From: an uncultured Burkholderiales bacterium
GTDB lineage: Bacteria; Pseudomonadota; Gammaproteobacteria; Burkholderiales; JAEUOS01
Assembly: GCA_964443245.1 (NCBI GenBank)
Contig: CAYUEG010000006.1
Coordinates: 1 to 61,289, forward strand
DNA length: 61,289 nt
Reading direction: 5' to 3'
A program made the translations under genes and the position numbers. This document shows, piece by piece, positions 35,919-45,361 of this stretch (its first letter is position 1; each line of letters begins with the position of its first letter). Below the pieces are notes generated by a model. The model saw only the letters and a program-made list of their open reading frames with translations. It made no database searches and was not told where the DNA came from.

Positions 35919-38900
35919 ATGTCTGACGTCATCGCATCCTCCCCCACGCCTGATGGTGGTACGCCGGTTGCCAAGCCTCGAAGGGCGGGCTTGCGCTGGC
36001 AACGCTGGTCAGCGGTACTGCTGGTCTTGTTCCTGGCAATCGCACTGGGCGGCTTCGTTGCATTGCCGTCGCTGATCCAGTCAAAGTTGCCCCAATGGAT
36101 TGAGTCGCAACTCAAGCGCAAGGCCTCCATCGGCGCGGTCAAGATTAACCCGTTCTCGCTGCGTGTTGAAGCACGCGATTTCAAGCTCACGGAAGCGGGT
36201 GGCCAGCCAATCGCCGGATTTGCGGGCCTGGTGGTGGATCTGGAGTGGTCATCGCTGACTCGACGTGCATGGCACCTGGCGGAGATTCGGCTGACGGAGC
36301 CGCAAGTGCTGCTCGATATTGCGCCGGATGGGCGCATCAATCTTGCCCAACTGCTGGCCGATCTGACCCGCGATGCCGAACCAAAGCAGTCTGCCGGAAT
36401 GCCCCGGCTCGTGATCGATACCGTGGTGGTGGAGCGCGGGCGCGCGGATTTCACGGATCGTCGCGCCGGGTACAGCAATGCGTTATCGCCAGTTGACTTG
36501 CGTCTGGAGCACTTCAGCACCCTGCCCAAGGACAAGGGCCCCTATACGTTCAGCGCCAGCACGGCACGCGGCGGGGTGCTGCGCTGGAAGGGGGAGATTT
36601 CGATGAACCCGCTTTCGGCCAGCGGTGTCATCAGCGGATCCGCCATTTCCTTGCCGGAACTGGCCACCTATCTGAAGCCTTATGCGGCGGTGCAGGTCGC
36701 AAGCGGCAAACTCGGGTTCGACCTGCCGTATCGCGTTGCCTATCGCGAAGGGGCGCTGGATGCCGGTGTGGATGCGGCCTCGCTCAAGCTGGAACAGGTA
36801 TCGCTCAAGGGCCCGGGTGCGACGGACCCGTTTCTGGCCGTGACAGGGCTGACGGTGGACAAGCTCAGTGCCGATTACGCCAGGCGTGAGGTAGCCGTGG
36901 GTGAGGTGCTGCTGGATGGTGGCAAAGTGCAGGCCAGGCGCGATGAGCAGGGTGGCGTGGATGTATTGGGCTGGATTGTCCCGGCGCCGGTCTCGACGCC
37001 TTCGACACGCGAAGCGCCCGCTGCGTCGAGCACCGCTGCAGCAGCGGCTGCGCAGGCTGCACCCCCTGCCGCCCCGGCATGGAAAGCCAGGATCGGGAGG
37101 GTCGGATTGGACAACATGGCTCTGGCATTCGAGGATCGGACGGCGCCAGTGCCGCTGGGGGTGGCACTTGAGCGTCTCAAGGCAAGCGTCAGCATCGAAC
37201 TGGAAGCCAGCGCGGTCCCGAAGTTGTCGGTAACCAGTGCCGACGTCGCCTTGCGCAACCTGATAGTGGGAGCGAGGACAGCACCGCCGGTGCGGATTGG
37301 CGAGATCGCATTGAGTGGTGGCGAAGTCAATCTCGCCGCGCGTACCGCCAAATTGGCAAACGTGGCGATCAGCGATGGCCAGGTGAGGGTGGTGCGCAGC
37401 AGCACAGGAGGGCTGAACTTGCTCGACCTGATTCCTCGCTCTGCGGGAGCACAGCACGCCGGTGCCTCCCCATCCAACCCGGCGGTGCCGCCACGCAAGG
37501 GCCCTTCAGGCAAACCGGCTGCGATCCAGGCCGATGCGTGGAAAGCGTTGGTGGGAGCGGTTCTTCTCAGCAAGTTCACGGTCGATCTGGAGGATCAGGC
37601 AACGGCCGTGGCGTTGCGCGCTCAGGACATGTCCATCAAGCTGAATGACCTGTCGAGCGATCCGGCGCAGCCGGTCAAGTTTGATGCCGGCCTGACCTTG
37701 CGCGAAGGAGGCAGGTTGGCGGCACAGGGCCGGGCCGTTCCCGCCAAGGGCACTGTGGATGCCAATGTGCGGATTGACCAGTTGGCCCTCAAGCCCGCTC
37801 AGCCCGTGCTGGCGCGCTACGTCAAGCTCAAGATTGCCGACGGCACGGTGTCTGCGCAAGGCAAGCTGGTCGCCTCTTCCGATGGTGGCGCAGCGGGCTT
37901 GCTGCGCTATGTTGGCAGTGCCGACGTTTCCAATCTCAAGCTCGACGAAGAAAGTGGTGACGTTTTTGCCGCCTGGAAGCGGGTCGCGGCCGACCAGCTG
38001 ACATTGGCGCTGCAGCCCAACCTGCTGGATGTCCCGGAGCTGCGCCTGGAGGAAATCAATGCCAAGTTGCTGATCGACGCTGATCGCAGTCTGAACGCCA
38101 CCCGCCTGCTGGTGAACCGTGAGGCGGCGCCTGTCACGGGCAGCGCCGTCGTTGCCGCGCCGCCGCCAGCGCCCGCGGTGGCTGTGCCATCGTCGGCGCC
38201 CTCCGCGAGTCCGACGGCCGGTTCGGCGGCCGAACTGCATCAGGCCTTCCCGGTCACGGTACGCCGGGTGCGGGTGCTGAACAGCAAACTCGAGTTCGCC
38301 GACTTGAGTCTGCGACCGCAGTTTGGCGCCAGGATCCACGAGCTCAACGGGGTCATCAACGGGCTCTCGACCAACCCGGCCACCCGCAGCCAGCTGGAGC
38401 TGGATGGAAGGGTCGACGAGTTTGGTCTGGCGCGCATTCGCGGCGAGTTGAACCCGTTTGCACCGCGCATCAATACTGATGTGTCGCTGGTGTTCAAGAA
38501 CGTCGATCTGGTGTCGGCATCGCCCTATTCGATGAAGTTTGCCGGTTACAAGATCGCCTCGGGCAAGATATCGCTCGACCTCAATTACAAGGTTCGCGCC
38601 AGCCAGCTGGAAGGGCAAAACAGCGTGATCCTGGATCAACTCACGCTGGGCGAACGCGTCGACAGCCCTGATGCACTCAAGCTCCCGCTGGAGCTGGCAC
38701 TGGCGATCCTGAAGGACAGTGACGGCAAGATCGACCTGGACCTGCCGGTCTCAGGCAGTCTGGACGACCCGCAGTTCAGCTACGGCGCCATCGTCTGGAA
38801 GGCCATTACCAACGTGCTGACCAAGATCGTGACAGCGCCGTTCCGGGCCTTGGGTGCGCTCTTTGGCATCAGTGGAGACAAGCTGGAGGCGATCGATTTC

Positions 38901-39509
38901 GATGCCGGCAGTGCGGTGTTGCTGCCACCGGAACGGGAGAAACTCAAGCAGGTGGCGACGGTGCTCGCCAAACGTGCCCAGCTGAAACTGGCGGTACCGG
39001 GGCAATTCAATGAGGCTGCAGATGGCGCGGCGCTCAAGGTCCGGGCAGTACGCCTGGAAGTTGCGCGGCGCGCCGGCATTCGAGTGGCCGATGGCGAAGA
39101 GCCTGGCCCTGCCGACCTGACGGATCGGGCTGTGCGCACGGCGTTGCGCGCCATGCTGACCGAACGGCATGGCGCAGGCGAATGGGATCAGCGCAAGGCG
39201 CAGGCCGAGAAAGACGCAGCCGGGGCGCCGGTTTCGATGCTGGAGCGGGCCCAGCGCATCACCCAGGGCGAGCCCCAGGTGGCAGACCTGGGGCCACTCT
39301 ATCGCGGCATCGTCGAGCGGCTTAACCAGTCTCAGCCCCTGGCCCCTGAGGCGCTGCAGCAGCTGGCGAAGCGGCGGTCGGATGCGATTGTCGAGGCGCT
39401 CAAGGGGGCGGGGATCGAGTCGGCGCGTCTGGTGCAGCCGTCGAGCGAACGCGTTGAAGGAGCTGCGGGCAAATTGGTGTCGGTCAAGCTGGGCCTCTCG
39501 TCGCGCTGA
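35919..39509 (+). CDS. DUF748 domain protein (AsmA-like clan), N-terminal membrane anchor
   Basis: TM WSAVLLVLFLAIALGGFVALP, INPFSL, repeated beta-strand blocks, SPYSMKFAGYKIASGKISLDLNY, LAILKDSDGKIDLDLPVSGSLDDPQFS, OmpA-like tail LAKRRSDAIV. Confidence 0.85.
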   Translation: MSDVIASSPTPDGGTPVAKPRRAGLRWQRWSAVLLVLFLAIALGGFVALPSLIQSKLPQWIESQLKRKASIGAVKINPFSLRVEARDFKLTEAGGQPIAGFAGLVVDLEWSSLTRRAWHLAEIRLTEPQVLLDIAPDGRINLAQLLADLTRDAEPKQSAGMPRLVIDTVVVERGRADFTDRRAGYSNALSPVDLRLEHFSTLPKDKGPYTFSASTARGGVLRWKGEISMNPLSASGVISGSAISLPELATYLKPYAAVQVASGKLGFDLPYRVAYREGALDAGVDAASLKLEQVSLKGPGATDPFLAVTGLTVDKLSADYARREVAVGEVLLDGGKVQARRDEQGGVDVLGWIVPAPVSTPSTREAPAASSTAAAAAAQAAPPAAPAWKARIGRVGLDNMALAFEDRTAPVPLGVALERLKASVSIELEASAVPKLSVTSADVALRNLIVGARTAPPVRIGEIALSGGEVNLAARTAKLANVAISDGQVRVVRSSTGGLNLLDLIPRSAGAQHAGASPSNPAVPPRKGPSGKPAAIQADAWKALVGAVLLSKFTVDLEDQATAVALRAQDMSIKLNDLSSDPAQPVKFDAGLTLREGGRLAAQGRAVPAKGTVDANVRIDQLALKPAQPVLARYVKLKIADGTVSAQGKLVASSDGGAAGLLRYVGSADVSNLKLDEESGDVFAAWKRVAADQLTLALQPNLLDVPELRLEEINAKLLIDADRSLNATRLLVNREAAPVTGSAVVAAPPPAPAVAVPSSAPSASPTAGSAAELHQAFPVTVRRVRVLNSKLEFADLSLRPQFGARIHELNGVINGLSTNPATRSQLELDGRVDEFGLARIRGELNPFAPRINTDVSLVFKNVDLVSASPYSMKFAGYKIASGKISLDLNYKVRASQLEGQNSVILDQLTLGERVDSPDALKLPLELALAILKDSDGKIDLDLPVSGSLDDPQFSYGAIVWKAITNVLTKIVTAPFRALGALFGISGDKLEAIDFDAGSAVLLPPEREKLKQVATVLAKRAQLKLAVPGQFNEAADGAALKVRAVRLEVARRAGIRVADGEEPGPADLTDRAVRTALRAMLTERHGAGEWDQRKAQAEKDAAGAPVSMLERAQRITQGEPQVADLGPLYRGIVERLNQSQPLAPEALQQLAKRRSDAIVEALKGAGIESARLVQPSSERVEGAAGKLVSVKLGLSSR

Positions 39510-39568
39510 CGGTATCATCTGCGGCCAGGGAATCTCTTTCGCGCAACCACCTTTTCGGAACCTTCACT

Positions 39569-39895
39569 ATGCGATCCAACCATGACATGGGAGGGCTTAC
39601 CGCTGGCCGCATCGTGCCGCGTGAGCATACCTACGAGCCTTGGGAAAAGCGTGTTGATGCACTGATGATGCTGCTCTCGCATCGCGACCGCCAGTTGCTG
39701 AAGGTGGATGAGTTGCGGCGCAACATCGAAACCCTGGGCGCGGATGCCTATGACCGCATGAGCTATTACGAGCGCTGGATGCACGCGATCTGCCAGACAC
39801 TGATTCAGCGCGGTGTGATCAATCTGGACGAGCTAGGCCGGCGCATGGAAGAGGTGAAGGCGCGCGGCGCACTGCCTGACGAGGGCAAGTGCTGA
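39569..39895 (+). CDS. Nitrile hydratase beta N-terminal half / thiocyanate hydrolase beta (ScnB)-like subunit
   Basis: HDMGG, EPWEKR, DELRRNIE, YDRMSYYERW, RGVINLDEL. Confidence 0.85.
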   Translation: MRSNHDMGGLTAGRIVPREHTYEPWEKRVDALMMLLSHRDRQLLKVDELRRNIETLGADAYDRMSYYERWMHAICQTLIQRGVINLDELGRRMEEVKARGALPDEGKC

Positions 39896-40236
39896 TGGAA
39901 GCGATGGGCATGTACGGGGTGGAGCCTGCGGTTGCACCGCATGTACCGGCGGCATTTGCCGTCGGCGATCGGGTGCGGGTACGGGTTGCCTCGCCGCCAG
40001 GGCATGTGCGCACGCCTGCCTATTGCCGGGGGAAGGCCGGTACCATCGAACGCCTGTGCGGCGCGTTTGCCAACCCGGAAGAGCTGGCCTACAACCGCTC
40101 CGGATTGCCGGCCCAACCGCTCTACCGTGTCCGATTTGCCGCGCGCGACTTGTTCGCCGGCTATGCCGGGTTGCCGGCAGATGTGGTGGAGATCGAAATC
40201 TTCCAGCACTGGCTTGAACCGGAGGAAGCACCATGA
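39895..40236 (+). CDS. Nitrile hydratase beta C-terminal SH3-like half / thiocyanate hydrolase alpha (ScnA)-like subunit
   Basis: FAVGDRVRV, GHVRTPAYCRGKAGTIER..G.F.NPE..A, LYRVRF, IEIFQHWLEP. The ATG overlaps the upstream TGA. Confidence 0.85.
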   Translation: MEAMGMYGVEPAVAPHVPAAFAVGDRVRVRVASPPGHVRTPAYCRGKAGTIERLCGAFANPEELAYNRSGLPAQPLYRVRFAARDLFAGYAGLPADVVEIEIFQHWLEPEEAP

Positions 40237-40844
40237 ACGCGCCGCATGACCATACCCATTTTGGGGATGACGAGGATTCGGTTTCCTATTACCGCACCAT
40301 GGAGATCGCGGTACGTGAGCTGCTGATCGAGAAGAATGTCTTTACGGCAAGCGATTTGCGCGCCCAGATCGAAGCCATGGATGCGCGCTCGCCGGCACGC
40401 GGCGCGAAGGTGGTGGCGCGTGCGTGGCGGGATGGTGATTTCAAGGCGCGCTTGCTGGCAAACGGCACGCAGGCCTGCGAAGAACTGGGCCTCGAACTGG
40501 GACCGTTGAAGCTGGTGGTGGTGGAGAACACGCCTGACGTCCATAACGTCATCGTGTGTACCTTGTGTTCCTGTTATCCGCGCATGCTGCTCGGTTTGCC
40601 TCCGGATTGGTACAAGAGCCGCGAGTACCGCTCGCGCGTGGTCCATGAACCACGGCGCGTGCTCGAAGAGTTTGGCACCCGCCTGCCTGAGCAAGTGGCT
40701 CTGCGGGTACACGATTCGACCGCTGACATGCGCTATCTGGTGTTGCCGATGCAGCCACCCGGGAGCGCCGGTCTGGATGAGACGGCGCTCGCCGCGCTGG
40801 TCACGCGCGATGCCATGATTGGCACAGCCGTGATTGACCGGTAG
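40233..40844 (+). CDS. Cobalt-type nitrile hydratase alpha / thiocyanate hydrolase gamma (ScnC)-like subunit
   Basis: Metal-binding claw VCTLCSCYPR (40554-40583), WYKSREYRSRVV.EPR.VL.EFG, VHDSTADMRYLVLP, VTRDAMIG. Confidence 0.9.
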   Translation: MNAPHDHTHFGDDEDSVSYYRTMEIAVRELLIEKNVFTASDLRAQIEAMDARSPARGAKVVARAWRDGDFKARLLANGTQACEELGLELGPLKLVVVENTPDVHNVIVCTLCSCYPRMLLGLPPDWYKSREYRSRVVHEPRRVLEEFGTRLPEQVALRVHDSTADMRYLVLPMQPPGSAGLDETALAALVTRDAMIGTAVIDR

Positions 40845-40845
40845 A

Positions 40846-42462
40846 TCATTCGGGGTCCGGGAATCCGTCCAGTTCGGGAGGCGCACGGTTGAGCGCAGGC
40901 CGCTCGCCCGGTGGTGGCCGGTAAAAAGCGACGCGCGAAACGGTCGAATGTTTGGCCTTGTACATCGCACTGTCGGCGCGTGCCAGCAGGTTCACCGAGT
41001 CGGTTGCGTCCACCGGATAGATGGCAACCCCCACACTGGCACCGACGCGCGCATTGGGGTCGATGCCGGGGAACGGCGCATCGAGGGATTTGACCAGCTT
41101 GTTGGCGATATCGGCGAGGACGCCATCGTTACCCGCCTGTTCCAGCAGAACGATGAATTCATCGCCGCCCAACCGGGCGATGGTATCGCTGGCGCGCAAC
41201 AGCGCCTTAAAGCGTTTGGCCGCTTCGGCCAGAACAACGTCACCGGCGCTGTGGCCGAGCGCGTCGTTGACCAGCTTGAAGCCGTCCAGGTCGATGAACA
41301 GGAGGGCCATGCGCCAGCCGTTGCGCTCCGAACGCGCGATACCCTTGTCGAGTTCGGCATGGAATGAAAGACGGTTGCGCAGGCCCGTCAAGGCATCATG
41401 CGTGGCGGCATACGTCAATCGCGCTTCGGCTTCGCGCCGCAGCCAGAACAGGGATACGTGATGATTCAGCGCCTCGCTGACCGATTCGACCAGATCGTCG
41501 CTTTGCTGGATCGACGGGCCGAAGAACTCGAGCAGGCAGACCGGCTCTCCCTGAACCATGACCGGGACGACGAAACTGGCGGCAAGACCGGCCTCGACCA
41601 GTGCGGCCTGGCGCACACTGGCAGGGTCGGTGCGGGCATCGGTCACCCACACGGCCACCTGGTGGCGCCAGGCCCGTGCGAGCGGATCGTAGCCGTCTGC
41701 AGAGATCCTCGCCTGCTTGGAGGCCGTTACCAGAGGCTGGGCTCGTGCCATGGCCCAGATTTCGCCGCATACCAGGTGGTTATCGCGCGGATCCCGCATC
41801 CACCTTGCGCCGTACAGCCACTCGAGTGGACGGCACACGGCTTCGAGCAACTCGGGCATCGCGTCTGAGAGCCGATGGTGTGCCGACAGGGCACGGGTGA
41901 CGCCGTCGGAGATCTGCATGCGCAGTTGCGCCAGCCGAAACCGCGTGATGTCCCGGCTGGCGGCGCGATAGCCGGCGAAGCCGCCGCGCGCATCAAACAC
42001 CGGCGTACCGCTGATGCTGCCAAACCGCAGTCGCCCATGCGCATCAATGCGACCCACGATGAAATCATGAAAGGGCTTATGCCCTTCCATCAGCTTGCGC
42101 AGGCGTTCCCACTCCGCTGCACTGACGCCGACCGCAGGAATTTCCCAGGGAGTCTTGCCTTCAAAGGACCCAAGATCAAAGCCGTCGAAGGCCTGCTGGC
42201 GCCCGTAAAACTTGACGTACCGATGGCTGGCATCCGATTCCCAGAATGCGTCGTTTGACGTGATGGTGATGTGGCCCAGCGACGAGACCCAGGACTCGGG
42301 CAGATCAATCCAGTCATTGCGCATGATGGTGTCTGCGCCCAACGGTACCCGCACAGTCGCTTCGAGCCGGCGCAAGCGCAGGGTGGCGCGTACCAGGAGC
42401 GCTGCGATCACCGCCACGCCGACCAACAGCAGCAGCGCGGCGATGTTCAGCGGCGCGCTCAT
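40846..42462 (-). CDS. Diguanylate cyclase, TM-PAS-GAF-GGDEF
   Basis: PAS FWESDASHR, GAF-like region, HDALTGLRNR, intact GGDEF with I-site RASD five residues upstream. Confidence 0.9.
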   Translation of the reverse strand: MSAPLNIAALLLLVGVAVIAALLVRATLRLRRLEATVRVPLGADTIMRNDWIDLPESWVSSLGHITITSNDAFWESDASHRYVKFYGRQQAFDGFDLGSFEGKTPWEIPAVGVSAAEWERLRKLMEGHKPFHDFIVGRIDAHGRLRFGSISGTPVFDARGGFAGYRAASRDITRFRLAQLRMQISDGVTRALSAHHRLSDAMPELLEAVCRPLEWLYGARWMRDPRDNHLVCGEIWAMARAQPLVTASKQARISADGYDPLARAWRHQVAVWVTDARTDPASVRQAALVEAGLAASFVVPVMVQGEPVCLLEFFGPSIQQSDDLVESVSEALNHHVSLFWLRREAEARLTYAATHDALTGLRNRLSFHAELDKGIARSERNGWRMALLFIDLDGFKLVNDALGHSAGDVVLAEAAKRFKALLRASDTIARLGGDEFIVLLEQAGNDGVLADIANKLVKSLDAPFPGIDPNARVGASVGVAIYPVDATDSVNLLARADSAMYKAKHSTVSRVAFYRPPPGERPALNRAPPELDGFPDPE

Positions 42463-42470
42463 GGCGTCAA

Positions 42471-43238
42471 TCAGGCGATGGTAACGCCGCCGTCGGCGAC
42501 AAACGTCTGCCCGGTGATGAAGGCACCCGCTGGCGAGGCGAGCAGCACGGCGAGGCCGGCGATGTCATCCGGTTCCCCCAGGCGACGCAAAGGGGTCTGT
42601 TCTTCACGGGTCTTGCGCGCCGTGTCGTCTTCCCACAAGGCGCGCGCGAAGTCGGTTTTGACCAGGCCTGGGGCGATCGCGTTGACCCGGATGTTGGAGG
42701 GGCCCCATTCGACGGCGAGGTTGCGTACCAGCGCCGAATCGGCCGCCTTGGATACGCCGTACAGGCCGATGACCGAGTTGCCGCGGATGCCGGCGATGGA
42801 CGATACGAGGATCACCGCGCCGTCCTTGCGGGCTGCCATTTGCGGAATCACCTGGTTGCACAGCGACCACACGCTCTTGACGTTGGTGCCGATGATTTTG
42901 TCGAAGGCATCGCCTGAGGCACTGGCCGTCGGACCGTAGACCGGATTGGTGGCTGCATTGCAGACCAGAATGTCGATCTTGCCGTAGGCTTCCATGGTCT
43001 TGCGCACCAATGCTTCGACCTCGTCAGGCCGAGCGACGTTGCAGGGCAGGGAGATGGCTTCCAGACCTTCAGCGGCAAACTCTTTTTGCACCGCCGCACA
43101 AGCCTCTGCCTTGCGGCTGGAAATGACGACCCGGGCGCCCGCGAGGGCGAGCTGGCGCGCGATCGCTTTGCCGATCCCTTTGGTGGAACCGGTGATCAGC
43201 GCAGTCTTGCCAGTGATATCAAAAAGGGGAGAGGGCAT
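42471..43238 (-). CDS. Short-chain dehydrogenase/reductase (DHRS4-like)
   Basis: TGSTKGIG, NAATNPVYG, YGVSK, PGLVKTDFARALW. Confidence 0.9.
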   Translation of the reverse strand: MPSPLFDITGKTALITGSTKGIGKAIARQLALAGARVVISSRKAEACAAVQKEFAAEGLEAISLPCNVARPDEVEALVRKTMEAYGKIDILVCNAATNPVYGPTASASGDAFDKIIGTNVKSVWSLCNQVIPQMAARKDGAVILVSSIAGIRGNSVIGLYGVSKAADSALVRNLAVEWGPSNIRVNAIAPGLVKTDFARALWEDDTARKTREEQTPLRRLGEPDDIAGLAVLLASPAGAFITGQTFVADGGVTIA

Positions 43239-43282
43239 AATGCTTGTTTCTTCGACGCAGTCTGGACTGGATTGATTGTAAC

Positions 43283-43855
43283 GTGAGCCCTACCGCCGTT
43301 CTGGATTTCTGGTTCGGGCCTTCGGACGCAGCCTCGCATGGCAAAAGCCGGCCCGAATGGTTCCGCAAGGACGACGCATTTGATGCGGCGTTGCGGGAAC
43401 GGTTCAGCATGCTGCATGCCGATGTGGCGGCGGGGAGAATGCCGGACTGGGAGCGCAGCGTTGAAGGGGTGCTGGCACAGATCATTGTGCTCGACCAGTT
43501 CTCACGCAACATGTTTCGCAACACGCCAGCCGCGTTTGCGAGTGACGCCAAGGCCCTGCGGCTGGCCAGGGCACTGGTTGGGCGGGCGGCCGATCTCCCC
43601 TTGCTGCCGGTCATGCGCTGGTTTGTCTACCTGCCGTTCGAGCACAGCGAAAACCTGGCTGATCAGGATGAGGCGGTACGGCTGTTCCGCACACTGCCGC
43701 CCGGTCCGGATGCGGATGGCGTGATCGAGTATGCGGAAAAGCATCGCGACGTGATCCGTCGATTCGGGCGCTTCCCGCACCGTAACGCGATTCTGGGGCG
43801 GACATCGACGGCCGAGGAGACCGCCTTCCTGCAAACGCCCGGTTCGTCCTTTTGA
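43283..43855 (+). CDS. DUF924 family protein
   Basis: VLDFWFG, WFRKDDAFD, IIVLDQFSRNMFR, YLPFEHSE, HRDVIRRFGRFPHRNAILGR.ST.EE..FL. Confidence 0.92.
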   Translation: MSPTAVLDFWFGPSDAASHGKSRPEWFRKDDAFDAALRERFSMLHADVAAGRMPDWERSVEGVLAQIIVLDQFSRNMFRNTPAAFASDAKALRLARALVGRAADLPLLPVMRWFVYLPFEHSENLADQDEAVRLFRTLPPGPDADGVIEYAEKHRDVIRRFGRFPHRNAILGRTSTAEETAFLQTPGSSF

Positions 43856-43856
43856 A

Positions 43857-44423
43857 ATGACGGGCCCAGGTCACATGCCTCTTTCCCAGGCCTCGCGCTG
43901 GGTGGTACGCTGGGCGCCTGCCATCGCTGCCGGGGGCGAGGTGCTTGACCTGGCCTGCGGGAGCGGCCGCCACGCGCTTCATCTGGCGGCCTTGGGCTTG
44001 CAGGTGGACGCGGTGGACAGGGATGCGGTGGCAATATCGGGTCTGCAGGCGCGGCCAGGCATCCGGACCTGTATTGCCGACCTCGAGACGGGCACATGGC
44101 CCTTTGAAGGACGCCGGTTCGATGCCATTGTGGTTACAAATTACCTCCATCGGCCATTGTTTCCCTGGCTCATCGCGGCGCTGAGCCCTGGGGGGCTCCT
44201 GATCTATGAAACTTTCCGCCAGGGCAATGAGTCCTACGGGAAGCCGTCGAACCCCGCTTTCTTGCTGGCCCCGCAGGAATTGCTGTCCGTGGCACACGCG
44301 GGCGGGCTGCAGGTCGTTGCCTTCGAAGAGGGTTTTCTGGCACTTCCCAAGCCCGCCATGGTGCAGCGGCTTTGCGCCCGGAAGCCGCCTCTGCATGAGC
44401 ATGGAGGGGTGCCTTTGGAGTAA
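43857..44423 (+). CDS. Class I SAM-dependent methyltransferase
   Basis: [39 protein letters not shown]. Confidence 0.88.
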   Translation: MTGPGHMPLSQASRWVVRWAPAIAAGGEVLDLACGSGRHALHLAALGLQVDAVDRDAVAISGLQARPGIRTCIADLETGTWPFEGRRFDAIVVTNYLHRPLFPWLIAALSPGGLLIYETFRQGNESYGKPSNPAFLLAPQELLSVAHAGGLQVVAFEEGFLALPKPAMVQRLCARKPPLHEHGGVPLE

Positions 44424-44464
44424 AATCGGGGGTTATTTTCGCGCTGTCGCCGGGGTTTTCAAAA

Positions 44465-45361
44465 ATGGTCAAGTTCAAGGGCAGTCTGGTTGCAATTGTC
44501 ACTCCCATGCAGGAGGATGGCTCGCTTGACCTGCCGGCACTCAAACGCCTGCTCGACTGGCATGTCGAGCAGGGTACCGATGGCATCGTGATTGTCGGTA
44601 CGACTGGCGAATCGCCGACTGTGGATCACGATGAGCACTGCCTGCTGATCAAGACCACCATCGATCACATTGCGCGCCGCATTCCGGTGATTGCGGGAAC
44701 CGGGGCCAATTCCACAGCGGAAGCCATCGACCTGATGAAATATGCCAAGTCGGCGGGTGCAGACGCCTGCCTCTCGGTTGTGCCTTACTACAACAAGCCG
44801 ACCCAGGAAGGGCTGTACCGCCATTTCCGTGCCCAGGCGGAAGCGGTCGACTTGCCCGTGGTGATGTACAACGTACCCGGGCGGACGGTTGCCGATATGG
44901 CGCACGAAACCGTCTTGCGGCTTGCGCAAGTCCCCGGCATCGTCGGGCTAAAGGATGCTACTGACAACATCGAGCGTGCGTCCCACTTGTTGCGCGACCT
45001 CGCACGGGCCGGCAAGAATGATTTCGCCATGCTTTCCGGCTGTGATGGCACGGCTCTGGCGTTTACCCTCATGGGAGGGCACGGTACCATCTCCGTGACA
45101 GCCAATGTGGCGCCGCGCCTGATGCACGACATGATTGCGGCGGGCCTTGCCGGCGATGCCATCAAGGGCCGTGAAATCAATCAGAAATTGCTTCCCCTGC
45201 ACCAGAAACTGTTTGTTGAAGCCAATCCGATCCCGGTCAAGTGGGTGGTGGCGCGGATGGGTTTGGCGGGCGGTGCGTTGCGCTTGCCGATGACTCCCCT
45301 CATGCCGCAATACCATGCCGTTCTGGAAGATGCCATGCGTCAGGCGGGCATCTCCTTCTGA
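44465..45361 (+). CDS. dapA: 4-hydroxy-tetrahydrodipicolinate synthase
   Basis: [48 protein letters not shown]. Confidence 0.97.
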   Translation: MVKFKGSLVAIVTPMQEDGSLDLPALKRLLDWHVEQGTDGIVIVGTTGESPTVDHDEHCLLIKTTIDHIARRIPVIAGTGANSTAEAIDLMKYAKSAGADACLSVVPYYNKPTQEGLYRHFRAQAEAVDLPVVMYNVPGRTVADMAHETVLRLAQVPGIVGLKDATDNIERASHLLRDLARAGKNDFAMLSGCDGTALAFTLMGGHGTISVTANVAPRLMHDMIAAGLAGDAIKGREINQKLLPLHQKLFVEANPIPVKWVVARMGLAGGALRLPMTPLMPQYHAVLEDAMRQAGISF

